Origin: Macrostomum hystrix
Lineage: Eukaryota; Animalia; Platyhelminthes
Assembly: GCA_950097015.1 (NCBI GenBank)
Contig: CATNEN010000039.1
Coordinates: 20,522,001-20,586,000 of the forward strand
Direction of reading: 5' to 3'
DNA: 64,000 bases
Shown: positions 24,901-37,976 of the stretch, piece after piece
Position numbering within the stretch: position 1 is the first letter of the stretch
Layout of the letters: each line of letters opens with the position of its first letter
Notes under the pieces: model-generated
The model's database searches: none
What the model was told of the DNA's origin: nothing
The model's input: the letters and a program-made list of their open reading frames with translations, nothing else
Translations under genes and position numbers: made by a program

Positions 24901-27900
24901 TGGCCCGGTCGGCCTCGGCCAGCCGGCCGTTGTGCGCATCGTCAATTTCCGCCTGGGCGGCGGCGGCCTCAGCCTCCAGTCGGCGCTTGTCATTCGTCAG
25001 CGACTGCAGCTGGCCCTGCAGGTCGTGAAGTCGGCCAGTAGCGTCGGCAGCCTCAGCCTCGGCCGCCTTGGCCTTGCGCTCGGCTGCCTCCTGAAGGCCT
25101 CGGGCCTCATCCAGCTCGGCCTGGGCGGCGGCGCGGCGCTTCTCGCAGGCTACCAGGTTGCTCTGCAAGTTTGTGGAGCGGACGGAAAAAATTGAGCAAT
25201 TATGTACAATCCCGCGACAATACAGTCAATTTCACACCCCAAGGTAGAGGATTAATCAAGAAAATTGCCCCCCAGACCTGTGTGGCATCATGAGCCCTGC
25301 GCTCCTCATCGAGGAAGGTCTCGAGCTCGTGCACCCGGCCCTGCAGGCCCTTGTTGTCCTTGGCGAGGCCAGCATTCACGCGGCTTAGATTGTCGATTTG
25401 GCCCTCCAGATCCGCGGCCAGAGCTTCGTACTTCTTCTTGGTGCGGCTGATCTCGCTCTTGTACTTGGACTCGATCTCGGTGATGGTCGCGTGCAGCTCC
25501 TCGATGGTGCGCTGGCTGGACTTGCGCAGACTCTCCAGCTCGGCCTCCTTCTCGTTGAGGCGCGCCTCCAGCTCGGTCTTGAGCGAGGCCAGCGCCTGGG
25601 CGGTCTGCTGGTACTTCTGCTCCAGCTCGCGCAGGGCCTCCTCGGCGTCGCGTAGAGACGAGGCCAGCGAGTCCCTCTCCGCCAGGAACTGGGCGCGGAG
25701 AGCCTCGGAGTCAGCCAGGCGGCGCGTCAGGTCCCGATTTGCGCTGTTGGCCTCCTTGAGCTGGCTGGCCAGCTGGCCGTTCTCCCGCTCCAGCGCGGCC
25801 CGCTTGTCCTCGGCGCTCTGTAGGTCCTTCTTCAGCTTGGCGTTGTCGGCCTGCAGGCTGTGATTGGCTGAGCTCAGGGCGTTGTTCTCCGAAGCCAGCT
25901 CGTCGCAGCGGATGGTCAGCTGGTTGACGGCGCTCTCCGCCTGCTTGGCACGTGAGGCCAGCTCCTGGTTGGCCGCCTGGAGGGCGTCGATGTCGCCCTG
26001 TAGCTCCTTGATCTCCAGGGTGAGCTTCTGCTTGGTCTTCTCCAGGTTGCTGGCGCGGGTTCGCTCGCGCTCGGAGATGTCCTCGAGCTCCGTGATTCGG
26101 ATGGTCAACTTGCGCCTGGGTTGAGTTTTGAGGTCATGTTTTGCGTACTCTGCTGTTCATCATTGCGGCGTAGATGAATCAGTGGCGAAGCCAGGATTTT
26201 TGTCGAGGGGGCTGCGCCTTTTGGGGGCCACTACTTGGGGCGCCACTACCACACGGGGGCGCCACTACCACACGGGGGTGCCACTACCACACGGGAGTGC
26301 CACTACCACACGGGGGCGCCACTACCACACGGGAGTGCCACTACCACACGGGGGCGCCACTACCACACGGGGTGCCACTACCACACGGGGGCGCCACTAC
26401 CACACGGGGGCGCCACTACCACACGGGGGCGCCACTACCACACGGGGTGCCACTACCACACGGGGGCGCCACTACCACACGGGGGTGCCACTACCACACG
26501 GGGGTGCCACTACCACACGGGGTGCCACTACCACACGGGGGTGCCACTACCACACGGGGGTGCCACTACCACACGGGGGTGCCACTACCACACGGGGGTG
26601 CCACTACCACACGGGGGTGCCACTACCACACGGGGGTGCCACTACCACACGGGGGTGCCACTACCACACGGGGGCGCCACTACGACATGGAGGCGCCTCA
26701 TAGTTTCGTCAGCAGATTAGGGGGGCGCGGCTCCCCATGCCACCCCCCTGGCTACACCCCTGCATTAACTAGTGTCGAATGAGCTCGCGACATTTGTAGT
26801 TTAAAATCAGAGCAAAATGCTTAAACGTACTGACGCTAAAACCTTATAAAGAATCGACTCGCAGGCACTCACTTGATCTCCTCGTACTCCTCCACCTTGA
26901 CTGTGAGCTCTCGCTCAAATTTGGACCTAATCGAAGCCAGATCGGCATTGAGCTTGGCCACCTGGGTGCGCAGGTTGCCGGCGGCTTCGCTCTCTTCCTC
27001 GTATTTGGCCTGCACAGCGTAATAGTCCTGCTGCAGCGAAATCAGCTGCGACTGCAGGTTGGTGCGCGACTAAAATTTACGAGACGGATGCTCTGCGAGA
27101 TTCTCCAGTGATTCAATCGATTGAACATAAAGTACAAGAGGTATTAGCCCTTGGAGTTACCCTCGTCTCCTCATCCAGACTCTTCTTGAGGTCGTCCAAC
27201 TGGTTTTGCAGCGACGACTTGGCCTTGCTCAGCGTGGCCGCCTGTGTCTCGTACTCGTGCGCAGCCCTCTGCAAGTCGGTGTTCTCAGCCTGTAATCGGC
27301 TCTGAGTCTCGTGCAGGCTGCGCGCCTGAGTCGTCAGCTCGTCGTTCTGGCTTCGAAGGCGCATCAGCTGGGCTTCGGCCGCTTCGTATTTGGATTCGAA
27401 AGAAGCCTGCAGTAGCAAAGCAGCGCTGTGTGCTGTGAAATTGACTTAATTCAAGCGTGATATCTTGTGCCGACATTACGGGACTGTGGGTGTGTTATCC
27501 GGTGACGTCACCTTTCAATGTGTTATCCAGTGACGTCACCTTTCAATGTGTTATCCGGTGACGTCACCTTTCAATGTGTTATCCGGTGACGTCACCTTTC
27601 AATGTGTTATCCGGTGACATCTTAGTGGGTGCGTCATTATCCTGTGACGTCACTTCGGGTGTGTTATCCGGTGACGTTATTTTTGGCGGTCAATTTGATG
27701 AGTGATTTCACTAGGTCACTAGGTGTAACGTGTATCTATGTGCGACTAGGTCACTGGGATACATTTTTTGTTGCTTGGATGGTTTTCTTTTGCTTTTCGC
27801 TTACTATCTATCATCAGATATCTAAAGCTATTGTAAAACACATCAACTTTAAATAACAGTCAACCGTTACCTTAGCCTTCAGGGCTTGGTCAGCCTGGCT

Positions 27901-30900
27901 AGCCAGATTGTCGATCTCAATCAGCAGGCTAGATTTCTCCTTCTCGACGCGAGTCTTCTGCTTGTTGGCATTCTCTAGCTCGCCAGTGAGCTCAGTGATT
28001 GTCACCGTGTACTTCTTCTTCACCGTCTGCTCCAAGGACTCCAGCTGGCCGTTGGCCGACTCTAGGTCCTTCTTGAGCTTCTGCACCTCCTGGTCGCGTC
28101 GGCGCAGCATCTCCTGGGCCTGGCTGCTAAGACCTCCGGCCTCATCAAGGCGCTCGTTGGCCGCGTCCAGTTGGTAGGCGTAGTCGTTCATGTTGCGCTC
28201 AGCCTGCGGTGGAGGCGAAAATTTTGAATTTGGAACAGTCTAGGACAGATTTTTTAAATCCTTGAATCCCTCTTTTCTCAGCCACAAAGTACCTGTACTT
28301 CATTGAGCATCTACTGACACCGAATACCTGTATTTCTTTCAGCACCTACTGATACCGAATCCCAAACTTTTCGAGGGCCACTTCTACTCACCCTGGTGCG
28401 TCCGTCACGCTCCATCTCCAGTAGATCCTCGAGCTCCTTGATGCGAGACTGCAACAAAAAAAGTTATAGGTCGTTAGCAAAATTGGGTCAAATGAAGGTC
28501 AAGTTTTCGCGACTCCATCCTCACCTCCAGTCGGCTCTGGCTCGCAGGCGACAAGCCGCGGAAGATGCCGCGAGCCGAATAAGACGACGACGATGCCTCC
28601 ATGCGGGAGCTGCGACTAGAGGAAGCCATACCACCGGCGCTCATTGTGCTGACTTGGCTGCTGCGACTGTTACCAAGGTAAACAAAAACTAGATGCGACA
28701 AAAATCACTGGATTAGAGAAAAACTTTCGAAACTAAAATAGTTCTGGAAAAAGTGGGCACTCAGATTATCAGATTGGCGGATTTCCGATTTAGGCTTCGA
28801 AGCTGGAAAGGAAACGAGGCGAAAAGGAGACGGAGGCGCGGACGAGGAAGGAGACGAAGGCGCGGTTCCGTCGCAACCGGAGGCAGCTAAAAGGAGGAAA
28901 AAGTTGCGGCCCCACACACTGTCCACCCACCCAGCGCCGAACAGCCTCCTCTCGCTCTTGTTATTGGGCCTCGGAATTTACAGGGGCGCAGATCTGCCAC
29001 AGTCTTCTAACCCGACAGTTCGTCTGGTTCTTCATTCCTCGCCCAGTTAGCCTTTACCGGTTCTACGGTATTTCCCAGAAAAACCCGATGGCTTTCCCCG
29101 AAGTTTTGGGGGGTTGAGGGGAGAGGTTAGAGGGTCCGGAGGTACGCGGAATTGGCCTTTAAAAAAAACGTGCGGAAGGCATCAGGTAGATCCGCCCTTG
29201 CGCAAGCCTAACGACTGTAGGAGAAAGCAAAGCAGCAAAGCAGCAGCAGCAGCAGCAATTGAAAAAGAATGCTGAAGTTTGCCCTCCAAACGAGCCAGTC
29301 CACAGTTTCATGGCCGAAACCATTACAACTATACCAGTTTCGGGCGGAAGGAGGTCCGTTGCCCCAGATCAATCGATAATTGGGAAGTCTAACCAGGCGG
29401 CGGATGAGGATATGATAGGGGGAAGGCAAACTGGTATGGGGCTATATCAATCCAAGCGGTGATGCTGCAGCTGATGCATTTGCCGGGGCAAAGAAAAAGG
29501 ATTTCTCGGCTAGGATTAATGGGTAAATGTTGGAGGGGCTTTAGTGGCAGACAATATAATTGGGTGTAATATAGCTTCCAGTCTCATGACGCTCACCTTA
29601 CCGGCAAGTGGATTTTGGTACACAAGCTTATAGTCATCTTTCTGTGCCTATTGTTGATAGCATAATCCCACACGATGTCTTACATTTTCAACACCTCACA
29701 AAAACAGATTTTGGAAAACAAATGGGCATTGTATTTTTAGAGGTATGATGATCACATCAATACTTTCGACAGAAAGCACGGTTGGCGGAGAGGTGGCCGT
29801 TCGCACACTCAAACTGCCTCTGTACATTGGCGGAGAGGTGGCCGTTCGCACACTCAAACTGCCTCTGTTCATTGGCGTAGAGGTGGCCGTTCGCACACTC
29901 GAACTGCCTCTGTGCATTGGCGGAGAGGTGGCCGTTCGCACACTCAAACTGTCTCTGTGCATTGGCGGAGAGGTGGCCGTTCTCACACTCAAACTGTCTC
30001 TGTGCCTTGGCGGAGAGTGTGTGCCGCGAGTCATTTCTATTGAGGGGTCTGATTTGTTCAATATTGAAGTACGTACAATGGGCTGAGGCAGAGTTGGCTG
30101 GGTTAAAATTCAATTAATAAACTTGGCGGGCCTCTCAATGTAGGCGGAGAAGAATGTGGTTGCTAAACTGGCTGTTCTTTGCGCTAAAAAGCAGTGAAAT
30201 TTCAACTGGGAATTAATTTTTTGCTTTTTAAGATTAGTGGATAAAATTTATACTGCCAGAAAGAACTGAGGCGATTTGAGATCAGGCGATCGGAGATGAG
30301 ACGATGGGAGATAAGACGATGGGAGATGAGGCGATGGAAGATGAGGCGATGGAAGATGAGACGATGGGAGAACGAGCGATGGGAGAACAGGCGACGGGAG
30401 ATGAGACGGTGGGAGATCAGGCGGGGGAAGATCAGGCGATAGGAGATTAGGCGATGGGAGTTCGCTCCCGTCAACTACCTCCGGAGGAGGAATTCAGCTC
30501 GGTTAACTATAAAGACAGAGATAGCAAGTCGTGGCCATAGACATTCAAGAGTTGCAACTGTTACTTTGTTATTTTTAATCATATCTTTTGTTCTGATAGT
30601 CCAAAAAATGTTAACTTTTCTTGGTCTTATAAAGCGGCTATAGTCCCGTCTTTCTATAGACTCAATTATATTTTAAACACAGATAATGGAAACTAAAGTA
30701 ATGAACAAAAAACGAACAGGACCTCGACTATTGGCAAAAAGTTAAGGTTAAGTCTGCTGACAGCCTCGGTAGTCTTTTGAGCAGTTTGTGGGTCTGTCGT
30801 TATCGTAATTGAGAAGAATAGACTTGAATACATTTTCGATTTTCCAAGGGTAGCAACAGCAGGGTCTGGTTGTCCAACCTTTATCCAGAAGATCATCCAG

Positions 30901-31587
30901 CGACTCTACTTTTGGGGCAGGCCTATTGCGTGCTGCTCGCGTTGAATGTCTATGGCCACGGCTTTTTTATCTGTCTTGATAAGCTGCCCATAACTTTGGG
31001 CCATAGACGTTTGACAAAATAGACTAAAATTTTTGCTGCACACTTCGATTGTCTATGGGTGAATCTATCTAATTTCAATATGCTGAATTATAGATATTGG
31101 TGCATATATCTACAATACGAGATTTAGTGATTAATTCCATTATGTGATATCATATAAATCATAAATCATAAATCATAAATCATATTGATACTGAAACGAC
31201 ATAGGCAATATAAAATACTATTTTAGCACACAGGGTGTACAAATCATACTACTAGGAGTAGAATATACAGATTATTAAATATAAATACAGTTGAACAATC
31301 AGTGCCACATGAGCAGCTATAATGATTACTCATTGATCAGTCAGTGGTCTATGAGGATAGTTATTATCGTTTTTTGCAGCTCAATTAGCTGAAGCAATGA
31401 AGAATTAAGTGCCTTATTGCTTATATTTGACTGTAGAAAAACCACGGGGTATTTCAAATGACCGATTCTTGTGAAAGTCGACTATACGTCGAATATTTTG
31501 GGATACACACGAAGAAGTGATTATTTGAATACTTAAATAAACGTTGCCGCTTACTTACCTTTCCATCACCTGGTTACGGCTTGCCAT
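21929..31587 (-). CDS. Prm: Paramyosin, 10 exons, ~896 aa
   Basis: Exons (minus strand) 31587-31559, 28666-28525, 28448-28392, 28203-27871, 27406-27161, 27069-26873, 26115-25278, 25162-24806, 24624-24331, 22126-21929, all GT-AG and in phase. Ser-rich head, myosin-tail coiled coil with no motor domain ([17 protein letters not shown]; [28 protein letters not shown]; [14 protein letters not shown]) and the C-terminus ARATSIM*. Exon 1 is the least certain. Confidence 0.93.
22287..23185. mobile_element. hAT (Buster/Charlie-like) MITE carrying an internal 16-bp satellite
   Basis: TIRs CAGGGGTCGGCAA...TTGCCTACCCCTG, subterminal CGGCCC motifs, exact 8-bp TSD ATCTAGAC at 22279-22286 and 23186-23193. 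Confidence 0.9.
22395..23095. repeat. Tandem satellite, 16-bp unit TCTAATCTCTCCCGTG (~37 perfect copies plus variants)
   Basis: Perfect period 16 inside the hAT MITE. Confidence 0.97.
26180..26762. mobile_element. hAT-like MITE (CAGTGGCG...CACCCCTG) carrying an internal 19-bp satellite
   Basis: Imperfect TIRs CAGTGGCGAAGCCAGG / CCTGGCTACACCCCTG and G/C-run subtermini; no exact TSD visible. Confidence 0.65.
26240..26685. repeat. Tandem minisatellite, 19-bp unit GCCACTACCACACGGGGG(T/C) (~23 copies)
   Basis: Visible period 18-19 in paramyosin intron 6. Confidence 0.95.
27490..27680. repeat. Tandem repeat, 28-bp unit GTGTTATCCGGTGACGTCACCTTTCAAT containing CRE palindromes
   Basis: GTGACGTCAC at 27502, 27530, 27558, 27586, 27644; paramyosin intron 4. 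Confidence 0.9.
29781..30020. repeat. Tandem repeat, 45-bp unit TTGGCGGAGAGGTGGCCGTTCGCACACTCAAACTGCCTCTGTGCA (5 copies)
   Basis: Visible period 45 in paramyosin intron 1. Confidence 0.92.
30268..30472. repeat. Degenerate 15-bp tandem repeat (GAGATGAGGCGATGG), possibly one arm of a foldback/MULE-type element
   Basis: Visible period 15, ~13 diverged copies. Confidence 0.8.
30509..30980. mobile_element. MITE-like element with ~40-bp TIRs (…GTGGCCATAGACATTCAA / TTGAATGTCTATGGCCAC…)
   Basis: Inverted repeat 30509-30549 vs 30941-30980; a smaller CCATAGAC…GTCTATGG pair follows at about 31000-31058. TSD unclear. Confidence 0.65.
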
Positions 31588-32023
31588 AATTTAAACAAAA
31601 AGTAATTGCGTTCGTTAACTGAGGACAAAAAAAAAGAAATTAATTTTAGTTTGCCAATCCAACGGCACCATCGTGTGGCTTTACGCTTAATTTATACATA
31701 GATGTGCCTGTCTAGACAACTGCCTGCACACAGAAAACTTGTACACACACAGACGAAAAGATCCTAACAAACTGGTGCAAATTTAAACAACAGTATGGCA
31801 TCATGGGTACTAGCTCTGTACATATGTAAGAGCAATGGACCGCGGTGGAATGTCAGTTATGTACAGCCTAAATGTCACGATTTAATAGCTTCCGCGGGTG
31901 AATCTTAGTTTTTGCTATGTCAGAGACTACCAGTGAAATGATAAATGATGGACAAGTACATGTACCTAGTCTTCCCTGCTATAAAAACAGTACTGAAATT
32001 TTTCTAATGAAGAATTTAGGCAT

Positions 32024-33812
32024 GCAGATATGGAATCGACTTGAGAAACCGCCAAGCAGATATAGAATCGACTTGAGAAACAGACAAAGCAGATATGGAA
32101 TCGACTTGAGAAACAGACAAAGCAGATATGGAATGGACTTGAGAAACCGCCAAGCAGATATGGAATCGACTTGAGAAACAGACAAGCAGATATGGAATGG
32201 ACTTGAGAAACCGCCAAGCAGATATGGAATCGACTTGAGAAACCGCCAAGCAGATATGGAATCGACTTGAGAAACCGCCAAGCAGATATGGAATCGACTT
32301 GAGAAACGGATAAAGCAGATATGGAATCGACTTGAGAAACCGCCAAGCAGATATGGAATCGACTAGAGAAACAGACAAGCAGATATGGAATCGACTTGAG
32401 AAACCGCCAAGCAGATATGGAATCGACTTGAGAAACCGCCAAGCAGATATGGAATCGACTTGAGAAACGGATAAAGCAGATATGGAATCGACTTGAGAAA
32501 CCGCCAAGCAGATATGGAATCGACTAGAGAAACAGACAAGCAGATATGGAATCGACTTGAGAAACCGCCAAGCAGATATGGAATCGACTTGAGAAACCGC
32601 CAAGCAGATATGGAATCGACTTGAGAAACGGATAAAGCAGATATGGAATCGACTTGAGAAACCGCCAAGCAGATATGGAATCGACTTGAGAAACCGCCAA
32701 GCAGATATGGAATCGACTTGAGAAACCGCCAAGCAGATATGGAATCGACTAGAGAAACCGCCAAGCAGATATGGAATCGACTTGAGAAACCGCCAAGCAG
32801 ATATGGAATCGACTTGAGAAACAGACAAGCAGATATGGAATCGACTTGAGAAACAGACAAGCAGATATGGAATCGACTTGAGAAACAGACAAGCAGATAT
32901 GGAATCGACTTGAGAAACAGACAAGCAGATATGGAATCGACTTGAGAAACCGCCAAGCAGATATGGAATCGACTTGAGAAACGGATAAAGCAGATATGGA
33001 ATCGACTTGAGAAACCGCCAAGCAGATATGGAATCGACTAGAGAAACAGACAAGCAGATATGGAATCGACTTGAGAAACCGCCAAGCAGATATGGAATCG
33101 ACTAGAGAAACAGACAAGCAGATATGGAATCGACTTGAGAAACCGCCAAGCAGATATGGAATCGACTTGAGAAACCGCCAAGCAGATATGGAATCGACTT
33201 GAGAAACCGCCAAGCAGATATGGAATCGACTTGAGAAACGGATAAAGCAGATATGGAATCGACTTGAGAAACCGCCAAGCAGATATGGAATCGACTAGAG
33301 AAACAGACAAGCAGATATGGAATCGACTTGAGAAACGGATAAAGCAGATATGGAATCGACTTGAGAAACCGCCAAGCAGATATGGAATCGACTTGAGAAA
33401 CGGATAAAGCAGATATGGAATCGACTTGAGAAACAGACAAAGCAGATATGGAATCGACTTAAGAAACAGACAAAGCAGACATGAAATCGACTAGAGAAGC
33501 AGACAAAGCAGATATGGAATCGACTAGAGAAACAGACAAAGCAGATATGGAATCGACTTGAGAAACCGCCAAGCAGATATGGAATCGACTTTAGAAACAG
33601 ACAAAGCAGACATGGAATCGACTAGAGAAACCGCCAAGCAGATATGGAATCGACTTGAGAAACCGCCAAGCAGATATGGAATCGACTTGAGAAACCGCCA
33701 AGCAGATATGGAATCGACTTGAGAAACCGCCAAGCAGATATGGAATCGACTTGAGAAACCGCCAAGCAGATATGGAATCGACTTGAGAAACCGCCAAGCA
33801 GATATGGAATCG
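32024..33812. repeat. Tandem minisatellite, 32/33-bp unit GCAGATATGGAATCGACTTGAGAAACCGCCAA (~55 copies)
   Basis: Visible period; variants CCGCCA/AGACA/GGATA; intergenic between paramyosin 5' and TRIM37 3'. Confidence 0.97.
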
Positions 33813-34496
33813 AATGAAAAAGCCACAAGCGTCCTAGGTAAGACTAAGACTTAAAGCAACAGAAGAGACTCTAAAAGTACATTCTGGAATAAAGTTATTT
33901 TTAGTAACAGCGCGACAAAGTCAATAGCGCTATAAACTGAAGTGGCTGTAAGTGAATTATAAGTTTTATTGCCTTATAAAATAATTCAAGGTATAAAATA
34001 CCTCAAATAAAAAGTCAGATTTTAAAACAAAAACTTGAAGGTTTAAACTAGAAAGAAATGTTTCGCAACAAAAAACACGGAAAAATGATTTGCTATCAAC
34101 AAAATAGATAGGTCAGATTAGTTACATTGCACATATCTTTCTAGCATGGTAAATTGCTGGTTTTCTGCTATTTTTTCAGGCGATTCTATTTATATACATT
34201 AAAGTACACCCCTTTAACAAAACTTGTTAAGTATATTTGAATACTAGATAATATTAATTCAATTTACCTATACTACCTGGACAGTAAATAAAATTTTAAT
34301 TAAATATAAATGATGAAATAAGTCTTGTTACTGGCCATTAAATCCAGTAAGATAATATAATTGTTCGATTTGATTGTAAAATAAAGCACGTAATACAGTA
34401 ACGAACGAATTTGTAAACAAATATATCACAAATACATGTACACACGTTTTTCACACAAACAACAGGCCCGAAATTATAGCTTAGCCAATCGGAAAG

Positions 34497-37400
34497 TTTT
34501 AGGTTCCTTCGCTGCCTAATTTTAGGTTCCTTTACCGCCTAATTTTAGGTTCCTTTACCGCATAATTTTAGGTTCCTTTACCGCCTAATTTTAGGTTCCT
34601 TTACCGCCTAATTTTAGGTTCCTTCACTGCCTAATTTTAGGTTCCTTCACTGCCTAATTTTAGGTTCCTTCACTGCCTAATTTTAGGTTCATTTAGCGCC
34701 TAATTTAAGTTCCTTCACTGCCTAATTTTAGGTTCCTTTAGCGCCTAATTAAGGTTCTTTCACTGCCTAATTTTAGGTTCCTTCACTGCCTAATTTTAGT
34801 TTCCTTCACTGCCTAATTTTAGGTTCCTTCACTGCCTAATTTTAGGTTCCTTCACTGCCTAATTTTAGGTTCATTTAGCGCCTAATTTAGGTTCCTTCAC
34901 TGCCTAATTTTAGGTTCCTTCACTGCCTAATTTTAGGTTCCTTCACTGCCTAATTTTAGGCTCCTTCACTGCCTAATTTAAGTTCCCTCACTGCCTAATT
35001 TTAAGTTCCTTTACTGCCTAATTTTAGGTTCCTTTACTGCCTAATTTTAGGTTCCTTTACTGCCTAATTTTAAGTTCCTTTACTGCCTAATTTTAGGTTC
35101 CTTTACTGCCTAATTTTAGGTTCCTTTACTGCCTAATTTTAGGTTCCTTTACTGCCTAATTTTAGGTTCCTTCACTGCCTAACTTTAGGTTCATTTAGCG
35201 CCTAATTTAGGTTCCTTCACTGCCTAATTTTAGGTTCCTTCACTGCCTAATTTTAGGTTCATTTAGCGCCTAATTAAGGTTCCTTCATTGCCTAGTTTTA
35301 GGTTCCTTTTGCGCCTAATTTAATTTCCTTCACTGCCTAAATATAGGTTCCTTTAGCGCCTAATTTAGGTTCCTTTTTACTGCCTAGTTTTAGGTTCCTT
35401 CGCTGCCTAATTTAGTTTCCTTCACTGTCTAATTATAGGTTCCTTTAGCGCCTAATTAAGGTTCCTTCACTGCCTAATTTTAGGTTCCTTCACTGCCTAA
35501 TTTTGGGTTCCTTCACTGCCTAATTTAAGGTTCCTTCACTGCCTAATTTTAGGTTCCTTCACTGCCTAACTTTAGGTTCATTTAGCGCCTAATTTAGGTT
35601 CCTTCACTGCCTAATTTTAGGTTCCTTCACTGCCTAATTTTAGGTTCATTTAGCGCCTAATTAAGGTTCCTTCATTGCCTAGTTTTAGGTTCCTTTTGCG
35701 CCTAATTTAATTTCCTTCACTGCCTAAATATAGGTTCCTTTAGCGCCTAATTTAGGTTCCTTTTTACTGCCTAGTTTTAGGTTCCTTCGCTGCCTAATTT
35801 AGTTTCCTTCACTGTCTAATTATAGGTTCCTTTAGCGCCTAATTAAGGTTCCTTCACTGCCTAGTTTTAGGTTCCTTCACTACCTAGTTTTAGGTTCCTT
35901 TAGCGCCTAATTTAGGTTCCTTCACTGCCTAGTTTTAGGTTCCTTCACTACCTAGTTTTAGGTTCCTTTAGCGCCTAATTTAGGTTCCTTCACTGCCTAG
36001 TTTTAGGTTCCTTCGCTGCCTAATTTAGTTTCCTTCACTGCCTAATTATAGGTTCCTTTAGCGCCTAATTAAGGTTCCTTCACTGCCTAGTTTTAGGTTC
36101 CTTCACTACCTAGTTTTAGGTTCCTTTAGCGCCTTATTAAGGTTCCTTCACTGCCTAGTTTTAGGTTCCTTCACTGCCAAGTTTTAGGTTCCTTTAGCGC
36201 CTAATTAAGGTTCCTTCACTGCCTAGTTTTAGGTTCCTTCACTGCCAAGTTTTAGGTTCCTTTAGCGCCTAATTAAGGTTCCTTCACTGCCAAGTTTTAG
36301 GTTCCTTTAGCGCCTAATTAAGGTTCCTTCACTGCCTAGTTTTAGGTTCCCTTAGCGCCTAATTAAGGTTCCTTCACTGCCTAGTTTTAGGTTCCTTTAG
36401 CGCCTAATTAAGGTTCCTTCACTGCCTAGTTTTAGGTTCCCTTAGCGCCTAATTAAGGTTCCTTCACTGCCTAGTTTTAGGTTCCTTTAGCGCCTAATTA
36501 AGGTTCCTTCACTACCTAGTTTTAGGTTCCTTCACTACCTAGTTTTAGGTTCCTTTAGCGCCTAATTTAGGTTCCTTCACTGCCTAGTTTTAGGTTCCTT
36601 CGCTGCCTAATTTAGTTTCCTTCACTGCCTAATTATAGGTTCCTTTAGCGCCTAATTAAGGTTCCTTCACTGCCTAGTTTTAGGTTCCTTCACTACCTAG
36701 TTTTAGGTTCCTTTAGCGCCTTATTAAGGTTCCTTCACTGCCTAGTTTTAGGTTCCTTCACTGCCAAGTTTTAGGTTCCTTTAGCGCCTAATTAAGGTTC
36801 CTTCACTGCCTAGTTTTAGGTTCCTTCACTGCCAAGTTTTAGGTTCCTTTAGCGCCTAATTAAGGTTCCTTCACTGCCAAGTTTTAGGTTCCTTTAGCGC
36901 CTAATTAAGGTTCCTTCACTGCCTAGTTTTAGGTTCCCTTAGCGCCTAATTAAGGTTCCTTCACTGCCTAGTTTTAGGTTCCTTTAGCGCCTAATTAAGG
37001 TTCCTTCACTACCTAGTTTTAGGTTCCTTCACTACCTAGTTTTAGGTTCCTTTAGCGCCTAATTAAGGTTCCTTCACTACCTAGTTTTAGGTTCCTTCAC
37101 TACCTAGTTTTAGGTTCCCTTAGCGCCTAATTAAGGTTCCTTCACTGCCAAGTTTTAGGTTCCCTTAGCGCCTAATTAGGGATCCTTCACTACCTAGTTT
37201 TAGGTTCCTTTAGCGCCTAATTAAGGTTCCTTCACTGCCTAGTTTTAGGTTCCCTTAGCGCCTAATTAAGGTTCCTTCACTGCCAAGTTTTAGGTTCCCT
37301 TAGCGCCTAATTAGGGATCCTTCACTACCTAGTTTTAGGTTCCTTTAGCGCCTAATTAAGGTTCCTTCACTGCCTAGTTTTAGGTTCCTTTAGCGCCCAA

Positions 37401-37498
37401 TTAAGGTTCCTTCACTGCCTAGTTTTAGGTTCCTTCGCTGCCTAATTTAATTTCCTTCACTGCCTAATTTTAGGTTCCTTTAGCGCCAAATTTTAGGC
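34497..37498. repeat. Tandem satellite, 23-bp unit TTTTAGGTTCCTTCACTGCCTAA (~130 copies) grading into a 45-bp dimeric higher-order repeat
   Basis: Visible period 22-23; alternating CACTG / TAGCG monomers in the right half. Confidence 0.97.
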
Positions 37499-37976
37499 TC
37501 TTTCATTCACTGTCTTTTTAGCTGCAGTTTCTGAGCTGCAGTTTAGCTTAGACCGTTGCGATTTGAACAGCTTGCCAACCCCAACTGGGTAAATGATAAA
37601 ATACGAAAATTAGTTGAGTTAAGGAAAACTAGTAAGAAAAACACTGAGTGACAAGTGTGAATAAATTAATGACAAATAAATATCAAGTAACGGCTAAAGC
37701 AAGAAAATAAATCAATAACCAAGGCAAAAAAGAAACAGAGAAGCAAGCTCGTTGACAGCAAAAGCAGAGCTACATTATACAAAAAATAATTTGAAAAGGA
37801 AATCAAGAGACACTGAGACCACCAAGGACCGAAAGTTGTATTGTTCGAAAATAAAATCAACAAATATGGAACCACACAAAATGGAACCAATTTATTTATT
37901 GGCTCTGAATTTTATTTATTAGACGCAAATAAGGAATTTTGCGATTTTTTCAGAACTAAAAAAAACAATTCACTCT

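Noticed and set aside
24932-26124. Plus-strand ORFs antisense to paramyosin exons
   Set aside because: Shadow ORFs caused by high GC3 codon usage on the coding strand.
21929-31587. Myosin heavy chain
   Set aside because: No motor domain exons; the short Ser-rich head, ~896-aa length and C-terminal motifs fit paramyosin.
31966-33828. Multiple overlapping minus-strand ORFs
   Set aside because: Translations of the 32/33-bp minisatellite.
34497-37498. Telomeric repeat (TTAGG-like)
   Set aside because: TTAGG/CCTAA occur only as part of a 23-bp unit, not as contiguous telomere repeats.
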